Of a DNA stretch of 64,000 bases, positions 29,165-43,238 are shown piece after piece; positions within the stretch are counted from its first letter, which is position 1; every line of letters begins with the position of its first letter. Source of the stretch: the human T2T-CHM13v2.0 reference genome, Homo sapiens; the NCBI RefSeq assembly GCF_009914755.1, contig NC_060927.1; one strand, written 5' to 3'. The position numbers and the translations under genes are program-made. Under the pieces are notes generated by a model that searched no databases, was not told the origin of the DNA, and saw only the letters and a program-made list of their open reading frames with translations.

Positions 29165-29379
29165 TGTATATATAGATATAGATATAGATATATAATGTAA
29201 AATAAGAATAGATATATACTTATATATCTATATATAAAACTATATATAGATATATATATAAAAGTATATATATACTTATGTATCTATATATAAAAGTATA
29301 TATATAAGATGTATATGACTTATATAGCTTATGTAAGTGTGTATGTGTATGTGTATATATATACATATATATATATATA
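29165..29379. repeat. TA-rich low-complexity tract
   Basis: Read directly; degenerate (TA)n/(TAGA)n. Confidence 0.85.
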
Positions 29380-32239
29380 AAGAATAGGAAACAGCATGGA
29401 GGATGAATTATATGAGGAAAAAGTTAAACAAGGGTGAGAGGGGAAAGGCCGGTGTTGTAATGATTCTAATTATTGTTTGCACTGCTATTGAAGTTTGAAT
29501 CATGCAAAACCCATGGAAATGGAAGCAAGGGAATGGATTTTGATGGTATTTAGATGTACCGTCAACAGTATTTGCTGCTTTAGCAGTGGATGCAGAAGTA
29601 AGAAGCCCACTTTTTCCTGACTGTACTTTCCTAAGACTGAGAAAAAGATGATTTTAAGATCAGATAATACTTGTGTTTCATCTTTTCCATGTAGACATTT
29701 TACAACCATGCTCTGGGTTCTTCCTTTCAGAAAAGCCCAGTGCTATGGAGTATAATGTAATTAAAACCCCTGTTTAATGTGCTATGTTTTTCTGGCATTA
29801 AAAACATAGAAATCTATTAAAACAAATCCTCTAAAAGGTATGGATTTCTAAATAGTGTTTGTAGAGGCATCTGGTCTTCTGTATTTAGCAGTTTACTCCT
29901 TTGGGACCTGTTATTAAAGCCAAGAACTTAATCTCATAAAAAAGGACTGTGTGTTGTTCCACTAAACTGGTGTTCATGCAGTTCTAACTGAAATGACAAG
30001 AGTGAAGGCCATTAAAAATAATGCTTGAAATCGATCAGAGATAATGAAATTGCATTGGTCCAAGTATTAATGAATTTTAATAATTGCATGTTACAATGGT
30101 CTTGCAATAAAAAGTCTGTTATCTTCAATTCAGCTCACTTTTGCTATGTCTAGATGATTGTAACACAACTGGTTGAAAAGTGTAGCTATTTTCAACACCT
30201 GTGCTGTATTGTTTTATTATTGACCCTTTTTGTTCTTTGAAAACCCCAAACAAAACTTCAGTTGTCTAATTGGTTGATAAAACTGTTCAAACCAATTCTT
30301 GTTTTGTTGTTATATAGGTATAATCTTAAAAAGTTAGTTTTCAAATAGAACAAGACTAATTTGGGCTAATAAGAAATCAATCATTCAACAAATGATGTCT
30401 TGATTCACACGTCTTTCATAAAGCTATATATTGATTCATTGAAAGAATTATTGATAGAGTCATGGACACCTCTTTTTGTTTCTCTGATGAGTCCCCCTTT
30501 TTGCATCTACCTTTTAAGTGGTATCCTACATTCTTGTCAAATATAATTAAAAATTAACATCTTCTAGTTTAGGTTAATATTTTCTCTGATCCTGACTGAA
30601 GACAAGTAATAAGGTTGAATCTGTTTCTATAACAAGGAATAGAAATTTACTTTATGCTTGTTTGAGGGTCTGGCCAAACGGCCATACAGATCTATAAGTG
30701 TGTTGGTGATGGCTGGGTCATCACTGATTACATACTTGCCACCTGACTTGTCTTAGGTTCTTTGTCTTGGGCTTTAACAAACAATATATGCAACTGATTA
30801 AACATTCAAGCTTACTTTACTGTTGTCCTTGGCTACCTCTTGGCCTGCAAAGTGGAGAACTAGATGTTTCACAACCAGAGCATGGGGCAAACTAATGGAT
30901 AGGGTGAAGAGCAGAAACTCATTTTGGCGCCCTCCTCTGGACAGGTAAGATACAACACTTTCATTACTGGCTGTGGTTGCAGCTGTTACCTGAGGGTAAG
31001 AGAGCTGAGGAACACCCCCTTTTATGAAGCTAACTGGAAATAATTGTTGCTCTTACGGGAAAAGTCCAGGAAATTCCAACATCCAGTTAAAATTGAAACC
31101 TACATATTCATCCACATCACACTTTTGTTTACAGATTTGGGCCAACAGGCTTCCACTATTTTAGTTAGTACCCTGGGCATCCTCCCTATGCAGGTCCTCA
31201 TTCCACAGAGCACAGAGCCAAGATACCCCCAGATTCAAGATGGGTTTCTCCATATGTTCCTCTGGCCACAGTTTGGTTGACTTTTTGATGTAACTAAAAT
31301 GCATTTTTTTCCTTTTCTTTCTCAGAATAGAGGCCAGTATTTAGGGGAGATTTTATATAAAAGACAGGACAAGCTTCTACCACTTTTTACTGGTTTCATT
31401 CTTGTATCTGTGATCTCTGCATTTCTTTTTCTTTCCCGTCCTGTCTTTACTGCCACAATGGCGACACATTGTAATAGTTGAAAGGAAATGATGAAAATAA
31501 TTATGCTGTCCTGAATTGGTAGTTGATTAAAGTCAGCTCTATATTGTTAGGGGAGCTAGACGGTGAATAGGTGGAACATACCTTGTGAATCCCACTTTTA
31601 CAAAGGATTTTCTTTTTCTGGTTATAAATAAGCCCCTGCCTATGCTGATATAAACTTTTGTTCATGATTGCCTCAGGAAGGAAATAGAGGGCCATTCTGC
31701 ATACTGGTTGATTGCCACTGGGCCACTGCAATCAACAGTGATAAGGATATGTGTTGGCTTTATTTATGCACTGGAAAAGTTTTATTGTATGAATATCCAG
31801 TGCAATCCCCCAATTTCACGTGACTGTGAACCAAGCATTGGTTTTGGCCTTGAACTTGTTTTTCTTTTAAATGCTCCTGAAAGGTGCATTGAGATGTAAA
31901 ATATTAAGTATATTCATGTTTATGAATAGGTGTAATGAGACATTAAATATTGGAAGCCAAACAAAGTTGACTAAGGGACTTCAAGAAGATAACTTATTGG
32001 CATATCATTAGGCAAGAAAGGGAGCTATGAGCAGCACTACCTGAGAATTCTTAGAATTTATCATCTAGTATTAAATTAGGTTATAAATTGGGGGTTTCCT
32101 GTTTAATGGGTCTTGCTTATATCTGGGGTTTGCTTGAAGCAGCTTTCTCTTTATTATCTCCTCCCATTCTCTCTTCCCCTCTGGCCTCACTGCACTCACA
32201 TTTGCATTTTCCAGTTAGAGGAACAATTTATATGAACAT

Positions 32240-32634
32240 TGTCTCAATCTGTTTTGTGCAGCCATAACAGAATGCCACAGGCTGAGTGATTTATAAACAA
32301 TAGAAATTTATTTATCATGGTTCTCAAGGCTGAGAAGTCCAAGATCAAGGAGGTGGCATCTTGTAAGGACCTTCTTGCTTCATTATTTTATATCAGAAGG
32401 TGGACAGGCAAGAGAATGTCAGCAAGAGAAAGGCAAAAAGGGAGCCAAACTCATCTTTTTATAATGAACCCATTCCTATGATAATGAACCCATTTTCATG
32501 ATAATGACATTAATCCATTTATGAGGGCAAAGCCCTGTGGCCTAATCACCTCTTAAAATTCCTACCTATTAATACAGTTACAATGGCAATTAAAGTTCAA
32601 CATGAGTTTTGGAGGGGACATTCAAGCCATAGCA
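32240..32634 (-). mobile_element. MSTD-like MaLR solo LTR
   Basis: tgtctcaatctgttttgtgcagccataacagaa...ttcaacatgagttttggaggggacattcaagccatagca; 5-bp TSD aacat/gacat. Confidence 0.85.
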
Positions 32635-33704
32635 GACATCTTTTAAAAATTACCTTTAAAATTTTTAAAATAGGAAGGACAAAATCACTTGGAAAAGTCC
32701 TTAAACCAAGAGAAGACATTAGAATATGGAGATTTTTGTTGATTATAAAGTGCTCAGACTTTTGAACTAAGCAATGACTAATGCAGTTCAGGACATGTAC
32801 GGATGGTGGTACTAATAGATGGTAGGGCAATGGTCCCAAGTCATGATTTCTGTCATGAAACCTTTTTAACTTCCGAGTACTTGGCATAGTGCCTATCCAC
32901 ACTAGTGCTTGGGTGCTATGCCCTAATAAAAATTTGACATTGTTCTTGATATACTCATTGTCACATATTAATTACAGAAAACTATCCAAATTCTTAATTA
33001 TGGCTTCAGGTCATGACCTGGCTCCTCTATTTCGGACTTTCTCTTTCTACTGTGCCTCCAGCTGGGTTACCTGCAGTTGTCTAGATGCACCCTACCGTTT
33101 ACTTTCCATGTGTTCTTAGCTTAAACTGCTGCCTCTGCCTTACATCCCCTCTTCTGTATCTCTAGTGAATACATATTAATCTTTCAAGAGTCAACTTACG
33201 TATTTCCTCCACTGTGAAACATTATCAAAGCCCTTACCAATCTTCTATAAAACACAATTGACCATGTTAAATTTTGTGCTCTGACAGTATATTAGCATTA
33301 AGCACTTAAGCATTCTTGATTATCAGTTTTGTTTTCTTCAACCATATCATGTTTCTTAAGAACAAAGCTATATGTTATTCAATTTTTGTGTTTTTTCTTT
33401 TTGTCTAAAAATGTAATATTTGTACTTGCAAAGGGATAGTTTTTTTCCTCTTAAGGAAAGAGAAAAGAACATCAGGGTAGCCATCTAAGATACTTTCCAA
33501 ATCAGATTGCAGACCTCTGTGTTGTTTTTGCCCATCTCTTGTGTTTGTGTCTATGTGGTTAAGTGGATTATCTAACTTGGTTCCACTTCATTTAAATATT
33601 TGACTTCTTCTGTTTGTAGGGGTCTCTGCCGCTTTTCGTGAGAATACTGAAGCTATTTGGGCATGATCAAATTCTACAATCTAACATATAATTAGGCGAA
33701 GTAA

Positions 33705-34080
33705 TAATAGCAGTTTTAAGTTTCAAGTAACGGAAAATTCAGTTAACATTGGCTTAGACAAATAAAACAAGATGTTTGGAGTTAGGTGGTCACTGTTGTT
33801 GGTTCAGTTGATCATTGATGATGTCACAAACCCATGCACATTGTGACATTGCCAGTTTCAACATCTTGGTTTTCATCCTTACACTTTTTACCTCAGGGTC
33901 ATTAGAAAGCCACCACAGATCTAGGCATCTAAGCAGGAATAGGAGAGGAAAGGCAACTGTAGCCACATTAATCACTTTTATCAGGAAGATAAATGCTTTT
34001 CCCGAATCTTTCAACAGGCTTTCATTTTACATTGGGCATATTTTTGTCATATAGCCTTCCCTAGCTGCAAGGGAGGCTTT
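33705..34080 (-). mobile_element. Old MaLR LTR (MLT1J/K/L-like)
   Basis: ttcaagtaacggaaaattcagttaacattggcttag...ttttatcaggaag...ccctagctgcaagggaggct. Confidence 0.55.
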
Positions 34081-34504
34081 TCAAACTTCTTTATGGAATT
34101 CAGCAAGAAAGTAAAGAGGTAAGAAAGAGTGATGTGTTACACAAGAATGTGTGCCACACATTAGTAGGGGATTAAGAAAAGTGCTTAAATTATTATCATA
34201 CATGATAGAATAAGAATATATCATATGACACATTCTAACACAGCAATATGGGTGTTTCAAGAAAGAAAGATAGCTATTTGGTGAGAGTATTGTGTCCCAA
34301 AGAAACTTTATGAGATAATGTCCTCTCATATGGAACTTAAAGGTTAATAGAATTTCAATAGGCAGAAATGGGGATAGACAATATATTAGAGTAGAGACAT
34401 GAGCACTAAAGTTTTGTTTTTAGGGAAGATCAATCTAGTGAGCAGTTTTCAAACATGGGTGAAATGAGTCAGAAAAATAATAGGGAGAAGTAGATCGTAT
34501 AGAG

Positions 34505-34738
34505 TAACACTTTCTAATGGAACACTCTATGGTGATGGAAGTGTTCTAGATCTGCATTGTTCAGTATAGCAGCCACTAGCCACATGTGGCTACTGAGCAC
34601 TTGAGAAATATGGCTGTTGTGAAGTAAAAAATGTATTTTAAATTTTACTTATTTTCAATTTAATTGAAATTAAATGGATGGTTTAATTTCAATTAAACTA
34701 CCTGGTAGCTGGTGGTTAACATACTGGATAGTACAGGG
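34505..34738 (+). mobile_element. MER3 (hAT-Charlie) element
   Basis: gatggaagtgttctagatctgc...gcagccactagccacatgtggctactgagcacttg...tggatagtacag matches MER3. Confidence 0.85.
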
Positions 34739-34739
34739 T

Positions 34740-35745
34740 GAAACATTGTGGGCCATTGTAAGTCGAGTTTGTTTTTTTCTCTGAAAAGGTTCCAGAAGCT
34801 ACTGGAGAATGTTAAGCAAAGGAGTGACATGATCCAAATTAGGTTTTTACAAGATCACTCTACTACTTTGCTGAAAATAGCGCTAAGTGGGAGAGAACAG
34901 GGAGCCCTATTGCACTAATCCAGATGGTAGATGATGGTGGCTTGTACCAGGATGGTATAAATAGGGGTGGTGCAAAGATATTGGATCCTTTATGTGTTTT
35001 GAAGGTCAAATGAACGGGATCCTTTGATTGATTACATATGGAATGTGAGAGAAAATAATTGATATAAGAATACTTTTACATTTTTTGGCCTAAGTGGCTA
35101 AAAGAACATACAGTTTATTAAATGAGATGACAAAGATTTAAGGAGGCACCTATTTTGTACAAGAATAGAAGCTGGTATCTGGAACCGAACAGGTTCGAGA
35201 AGCCTACTAGACATCCAAGAACATATGTTAAGTGCATAGTTCAGCAGAGTCTATTTTGGAGATAAAAGTTTTAGAATTGTCAGCATATTAGTGTCGTTTA
35301 AAGTTGTGAGACTAGTGGAGATTACCAAAAGAGTAAGTGTAAAGAGAAGAGAGATGAGACATAAGGACTGACTTAGACTTGAGGCATTCCAACATTTTAA
35401 TGAGGCAGAACCAGCATAGGAGACTTGAAATTGAAAGGCAATACTCCTGAATTTACAGGAAATCCAAAACAGCCAAAATTTGGAATTCTAAGAGTATGTA
35501 GTGTTCAACTTTGTCAAAATGCCCTTGCTATACATAAAACAATGAGATCTGGCAATTGACTAATGGATTTAGCAAAGTGAGTGTATGTGTATGGGAGAAG
35601 GAGTAATTGGTGATTGCAACAAGAATAGTTTCTGGGGGGTAGGAAGGGCAAAAGCCTCATTGGAGTGGATTCAGGTGAGACCAGAAAAGAGGAATTGGAG
35701 ATAGGAAGAACAGATAAAAGAGGCGATTGACTTAGGAAAAAAAGC
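34740..35745 (-). mobile_element. L2a-like fragment
   Basis: ggagtgacatgatcc...aagatcactc...agatgatggtggcttg...gacatccaag...gtggattcaggtgaga...gaggaattggaga, typical of antisense L2. Confidence 0.7.
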
Positions 35746-37213
35746 ATTAGCTCTAATAAATTCTGATTGTGCAGACTATGGGCTTTAATTTGATAGAGGT
35801 ATAAGGGAAAAGGTACATTTTAAAGCAGACATAATTTCTTTTATTGGTTCTGGGATCAGCTGAGCTGTCTCACTCACTGCACACAGTATTGGCAATTTCA
35901 CTGATTTAGAGCTATCTTGGTAACTTTATCAGCCTATCAAACTGGCATTTCAAAAGTAACTGAACAATTCCATTTTTAAAATTCAATCTTAGTTCCAAGA
36001 TATGTTAAAGGAAAATATATATATTTCAAATGAACACATGTAACTTATTTTCTGAGAACAGGTGTTAGAATTATATATGATAATGGAGAGCTTTATTGTC
36101 ACCAAAACAAAACAAAACGAAACAAAACTCAAAACTATTTTTCCACTGTTATGCTGAGCAATTCATCAAAGAGAATGTATTTAATACACAAATTAACGAT
36201 TAATGAAGTTTCCTGAGGTTGACAGGTAAACACATAAATATTTGCAACAGAAATCTCAAAGATAGTCCAGATTTATCAAAACCAAAAGGGATTAAGTATT
36301 TTTCCCAAGGGCATTCAACTTGTTCAAGCTACCTTTTTTTTTTTTTTTTTAAGAATGTTTACTAACATTCTAAAAATTGAATGTGAGTTGTTGGTCTTAT
36401 TAAAGTGTCATGGTAAATGTTATGAGTATCGACTGTAGAATATGTTAATATTCAGTTAATATGGGTCTGAGGGGTAAAGAAACAGGATACTTAGGTGAAT
36501 CTGCTGAAATCGCCCTGAGGAACCAGGGCCATTGCTTTGAGCTTGGCCTCTCTTGAAGTAAATCTCAAGAAATGTTAGTCTGTTTGCCACTGCTCTGGGA
36601 CACCGTTCACAGGAGTGCTCATGTAATAAACAGATCCCCAGACATCATGACATGTCATTCAGAAAAAGGTAAATACAATAAATATTTATCATTTCACTTC
36701 ATTATCTCCCGCTACCCCCCAAAGTGAAGCATTTTAGTTTAGGTCATAGATTATATCCCAGCCTGTGGTACCTTGGATGATTAGAATTGCTTTGGGAATC
36801 TGTTCTTCTCCTATAAGGTATCCCTGCGGTAATTTCCAAAGATTCATGAAGTTTACATAGCAAGTCTATGAATAGCAGAAATATTTACTTTCAGGACTGA
36901 CATGGGACACCTTTGGGCATCATAAACTATGTTTACCTAGTTCATAGGAGGGCTCCTGCAGAAATGCCAAGGGCAGACTTTTCCAATTATGATGTTGACC
37001 ATGATATTAATAGAATCTGAAGAGGAAGAAATGTCCCCTGCTTTTCTTTCAGTTAAACTATCATCTTAATTACACATTTTGTGACCCCTTATCTGGAAAT
37101 ATTACTATTAAGTACTCTTTACATTATTATATTTATGCTGACTATACTTAATAATTTCAGTTAACACTATTTACTGTTCATACTGTTTTCAATATAAAAT
37201 AAATATTATTAAT

Positions 37214-37347
37214 AGCTGGGCATGGGGGTGAGTGCCTATATTCCCAACTACTCAGGGTACTGAGGCAAGAGCATGGCTTGAGCTCAGGAGTTTGAGACCA
37301 GCCTGGGCAACATAGCAAGACCCTGTCTCTACATAAATAAATGAATA
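37214..37347 (+). mobile_element. FLAM-type Alu monomer
   Basis: gctgggcatgg...gagctcaggagtttgagaccagcctgggcaacatagcaagaccctgtctct plus A-rich tail; TSD aataaatattat. Confidence 0.85.
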
Positions 37348-38395
37348 AATATTATGAAAGACACGTGATATAAAAATGATGGAAGTAAAAACACAAAATA
37401 TTAATAATAGATGTGATATAGTGTAGTTATAGTTCATTGATTTCAATTATGTATACTTTTATGAGTTTTCCTTTACTGCTCAGTATATTTGCATTTATAA
37501 TTATACAAAACACATGAATAGAAATATATTTTGTATGAAGTGTACACATCTATGAATGTTATCATCTCTTGGTTAAGTAATATAGAAGGTTGTCAAGATT
37601 TCTCTCCTGGAAGAATTACAGTGTTATTGGAAGGCAAAATATAAATACAGGAGCATCTTGGATAATAGTTTAGAAAATTAATGCTATTAACTATATTTTA
37701 TTTAAAGCATTTTTAATTGTGAAGAAAGTGCTTGTGATTAAAATTAATTTCAATCTTTCTTTAGAAAGAAAAATGTAAGGTAAAGGTAAAGGTTTTTGAA
37801 TTCTTACATATTTGAAGATCATGGTTGTCTAATTTTTCAACATTTGTAATAAATGATTTAATTTTCAATAATTAAGGATTAGCTACTTCAAAGAACAAAG
37901 GACCATTTGATTAGTATCATTTCTTCAATTTACCTTTTTTTTCTCTTTTGTGTTTTTAGTAGGCAATCCTATGGCCTGCTGAGATTTCATTTATTTGATT
38001 TTGTTCTGTATTCTCATCATTGCAGAGAAGATTGGAAAAATGTCCTGCTGTATTGTTTCAGTTCATTTGAAAATTGTGCAGTAGGTATAAGGGAATACAA
38101 GGAGAAATGTATTTTCAATATCAAGATTTAGATATGAGTGAATTTAACAAAGGGAAGTGTTATAAAGCTCCAGTGCATTCTTTTCATTTCAGATTCTTTG
38201 TGATTTATATAGATTCATAGGATCAGAGGATGTTAGAACTAGAAGAGACTGTAAATGCCATCAAATCCAATATTTTTACTTTTATTTTTAAATTTATTAA
38301 ATTTTATTTTTATTTAAAATATTTAACTCACAAAAAATGTATATATTCAAGATGTACCACATGATGATTTGAGCTATGTATAGATTGTGTACTAG

Positions 38396-38721
<326 letters not shown>

Positions 38722-40632
38722 ACCAAAGTCGAATTAACACATCCATTACTACCTATAGTTACCATTTTGTGTGTGTGTGTGTGGTGAGAACACTTACAAT
38801 CTGCTTTCTTGTAAAATTTCAAGTAAACAGTACGTTATTAACTATAGTCACTGTGGTTTACATTAGTCACCATGGTGTACAATAGATCCCTGGAGCTCAT
38901 TAATCTTTTAACTAAAAACTTTGTAGTCTTTGACCAGCATCTCCCCATTCCCCACCCCTGTCCAGTCCTTGGCAATGACCATTCTATACTCTGCTTTTAT
39001 GAATTTGACTTGGTAGAGTCTGCATAAAAGTGTAAACTGTCTGTGTTTGAGTTATTTCACTTAGCATAGTTTTTCAGATTAAGATATGTTATTACAAATG
39101 GCAGGATTTCCTTCTTTTTAAGGCTTAATAATATTTCATTGTATATCTATACACATGTATATGTATATATCTTACATTTCCTTTATCCATTCATCCGTTG
39201 ACAGACATTTAGGTCGTTCCCATATCTTGGCTACTGTGAGTAATGCTGCACTGAATATGAAAGTACAGATATCACTTTGAGATACTAATTTTATTTTCTT
39301 TGAATGTATTCCCAGAATGAGAATTGTTAGATCATATAGTAGTCCTTTTTTAACTTTTTGAGGAACTTCTGTACTGTTTTCCATAATGATTGTATCAATT
39401 TACATTCCCAACAATAGTGTACTTTTCTCCACATCCTTGCCAACACTTGTCTCTTGTCTTAATGATAATAGCTATCCTATCAGCTGTGAGGTGATTTCTT
39501 ATTGTAGGTAGGATTTGCATTTTCTTAGTGATTAGCGATGTTGTATACGTTTTCATATACTTGTTGGCCATTTTTATATCTTTTTTGGAGAAATGTCTAT
39601 TAAGGTTTCTTCCCCATTTTTAAAATCACATTGTTTGTTGTCTCATATCGGGTTGTATAAGTCCTTTATAACTTTTGTATATTATAACTTCTTATAAATT
39701 TTGGATATTAACTTCTTATCAGATATCAGATATAAGGTTTACAAATACATTTTTTTCCCATTCTGTGGGTTGCCTTTTCATTTTGTTGATTATTTCCTTG
39801 CTATGAAGAAACTTTTTTAGTTTTATGTAGTCCCACTTGTTTATTTTTGCTTTTGTTGCCTATGCTTTTGGTATCGTATCCAAAAAGTCTTTGTCAAGAC
39901 CAATGCCACAGAACTTTTCCCTATGTTTTCTTCTAGGAGTTTATGATTTCAGGTCTTACCTCGAAGTTTTTAATCCACTTTGAGTTGACTTTGGTACGTG
40001 GTGTAAGACAAGGGTCCAATGTCAATTCTTTTGCCTATAGATATTCAGCATTCCCAATACCATATATTGAAGAAACTATCTTTTCTCTATTGTGTATTCT
40101 TGGCACCCTTATCAAATTAGTTGAACACCAGGAGGCCATTGAGAGGGTCAGATAGAATTATGTATTTGTTTCTCTTTAAGCCATCTAATTTGACACATGT
40201 ATGTGTCTATTTGTGGGTTCTATTCTGTTTCACTGGTATATATGTCTGTTTTTATTCTAGTGGCACACTATTTTGATTACTGTAGCTTTGTAATATAGTT
40301 TGAAATCAGGACATGTAAAACCTCCAGCACTGTTCTGTTTTATCAAGATTACTTTGGCTGTTCACTGTCTTTTATGGTTCCATACAAATTTAGGATTATT
40401 TTTTCTATTTCTGTGACAAATGCCATTGGAATTTTGATAGGGATTGCATTGAATCTGTCAATGACTTTGGGTAGTATGGACATTTCAACAATATTAATTC
40501 TTCTAATTCATGTACATGCTATATCTTTCCATTTATTTGTGTCTTTTAAATTTCTTTTATCAGTGTTTTACAGTTTTCCTTGAACAGCTATTTCATCTCT
40601 TTGGTTAAGTTTATTTCTAAGTATTTTATTCT

Positions 40633-43238
40633 TTTTTTTTTTTTTTTAATTGTTCATTCTTGGGTGTTTCTCGCAGAGGGGGATTTGGCAGGGTCATAGG
40701 ACAATAGTGGAGGGAAGGTCAGCAGATAAACAAGTGAACAAAGGTCTCTGGTTTTCCTAGGCAGAGGACCCTGCGGCCTTCTGCAGTGTTTGTGTCCCTG
40801 GATACTTGAGATTAGGGAGTGGTGATGACTCTTAATGAGCATGCTGCCTTCAAGCATCTGTTTAACAAAGCACATCTTGCACCGCCCTTAATCCATTTAA
40901 CCCTGAGTGGACACAGCACATGTTTCAGAGAGCACGGGGTTGGGGGTAAGGTCACAGATCAACAGGATAATAATTTTTCTTAGTACAGAGCAAAATGAAA
41001 AGTCTCCCATGTCTACCTCTTTCTACACAGACATGGCAACCATCCGATTTCTCAATCTTTTCCCCGCCTTTCCCCGCTTTCTATTCCACAAAACCGCCAT
41101 TGTCATCCTGGCCCGTTCTCAATGAGCTGTTGGGTACACCTCCCAGATGGGGTGGTGGCCGGGCAGAGGGTCTCCTCACTTCCCAGTAGGGGTGGCCGGG
41201 CAGAGGCGCCCCTCACCCCCCGGACAGGGCGGCTGGCCGGGCAGGGGGCTGACCCCCCCACCTCCCTCCCGGACGGGGGGCCTGGCCGGGCGGGGGGCTG
41301 ACCCCCCCCACCTCCCTCCCGGACGGGGCGGCTGGCCGGGCGGGGTCTGACCCCCCCACCTCCCTCCCAGACGGGGCGGCTGGCCGGGCAGAGGGGCTCC
41401 TCACTTCCCAGTAGGGGTGGCCGGGCAGAGGCGCCCCTCACCTCCCGGACGGGGCAGCTGGCCGGGAGGGGGACTGACCCCCCCACCTCCCTCCCGGACG
41501 GGGCGGCTGGCCAGGCAGAGGGGCTCCTCACTTCCCAGTAGGGGCGGCTGGCCAGGCGGGGGGCTGATTCCACCACCTCCCGCCCGGATGGGGCGGCTGG
41601 CCGGGCGGGGGGCTGACCCCCCCACCTCCCTCCCGGACGGGGCAGCTGGCTGGGCAGAGGGGCTCCTCACTTCCCAGTAGGGGCGGCCGGGCAGAGGCGC
41701 CCCTCACCTCCCGGACGGGGCGGCTGGCCGGGCGGGGGGCTGACCCCCCCACCTCCCTCCCAGACGGGGCAGCTGGCCGGGTGGGGGGGCTGACCCCCCC
41801 ACCTCCTTCCCGGACGAGGCGGCTGGCTGGGCAGAGGGGCTCCTCACTTCCCAGTAGGGGCGGCCGGGCAGAGGCGCCCCTCACCTCCCCGACGGGTCTG
41901 TTGGCCGGGTGGGGGGCTGACCCCCCCACCTCCCTCCCGGACGGGGCGGCTGGCTGGGCAGAGGGGCTCCTCACTTCCCAGTAGGGGCGGCCGGGCAGAG
42001 GCGCCCCTCACCTCCCGGACGGGAAGAATGGCCGGGCGGGGGGGCTGACCCCCCCACCTCCCTCCCAGACGGGGCGGCTGGCCGGGCAGGGGGCTGACCC
42101 CCCCACCTCCCTCCCGGACGGGGTGGCTGGCCGGGCGGGGGGCTGACCCCTCCACCTCCCTCCCGGACGGGGCAGCTGGCTGGGCAGAGGGGCTCCTCAC
42201 TTCCCAGTAGGGGTGGCCGGGCAGAGGCACCCCTCACCTCCCGGACAGGGCGGCTCTCCTGGCGGGGGCTGACCCCCACCTCCCTCCCGGACGGGATGGC
42301 TGCCGGGCGGAGATGCTCCTCACTTCCCAGATAGGGTGGCTGCCAGGCGGAGGGGCTCCTCACTTCTCAGATGGGGCGGCTGCCGGGCGGAGGGACTCCT
42401 CACTTCTCAGACGGGGCGGTTGCCAGACAGAGGGTCTCCTCTCTTCTCAGACGGGGCGGCCGGGCAGAGACGCTCCTCACCTCCCAGACGGAGTCGCAGC
42501 CAGGTAGAGGCACTCCCCACATCCCAGACGGGGCGGCGGGGCAGAGGCGCTCCCCACATCCCAGACGGGGCGGCGGGGCAGAGGCGCTCCCCACATCTCA
42601 GACGATGGGCGGCCGGGCAGAGACGCTCCTCACTTCCTAGATGGGATGGCCGCCGGGAAGAGGCGCTCCTCACTTCCTAGATGGGATGGCGGCCGGGCAG
42701 AGACGCTCCTCACTTTCCAGACTGGGCAGCCAGGCAGAGGGGCTCCTCACATCCCAGACGATGGGCGGCCAGGCAGAGATGCTCCTCACTTCCCAGACGG
42801 GGTGGCGGCTGGGCAGAGGCTGCAATCTCGGCACTTTGGGAGGCCAAGGCAGGCGGCTGGGAGGTGGAGGTTGTAGCGAGCCGATATCACGCCACTGCAC
42901 TCCAGCCTGGGCACCATTGAGCACTGAGTGAACCAGACTCCGTCTGCAATCCCGGCACCTTGGGATGCCGAGGCTGGCGGATCACTCGCAGCTAGGAGCT
43001 GGAGACCAGCCCGGTCAACACAGCGAAACCCCGTCTCCACCAAAAAAATACGAAAACCAGTCAGGCGTGGCGGCGCGCGCCTGCAATCGCAGGCACTCGG
43101 CAGGCTGAGGCAGGCGAATCAGGCAGGGAGGCTGCAGTGAGCCCAGATGGCAGCAGTACAGTCCAGCTTCGGCTTGGCATCAGAGGGAGACCGTGGAAAG
43201 AGAGGGAGAGGGAGACCGTGGGGAGAGGGAGAGGGAGA
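40633..43238 (-). mobile_element. SVA retrotransposon (probably SVA_D-like), near full length, antisense to NAALADL2
   Basis: On the + strand: poly-T, SINE-R (about 40648-41140), GC-rich VNTR (about 41140-42815), Alu-like domain, then a short (AGAGGG) hexamer end. Perfect 16-bp TSD ctaagtattttattct at 40617-40632 and 43239-43254; TTCT/AA endonuclease-type site. Confidence 0.97.

Noticed and set aside
32461-32508. 20-bp tandem repeat ataatgaacccatt...
   Set aside because: It lies inside the MSTD-like LTR, where I recall a similar internal duplication in the consensus.
41140-43100. CpG island suggesting an internal promoter
   Set aside because: Fully explained by the SVA; no independent promoter evidence.
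40654-43140. Many overlapping Pro/Gly/Arg-rich ORFs and an array that looks like repeat-spacer structure
   Set aside because: These are translations of the stop-poor SVA VNTR and Alu-like domain. The units are tandem without unique spacers, so this is not CRISPR and not a gene.
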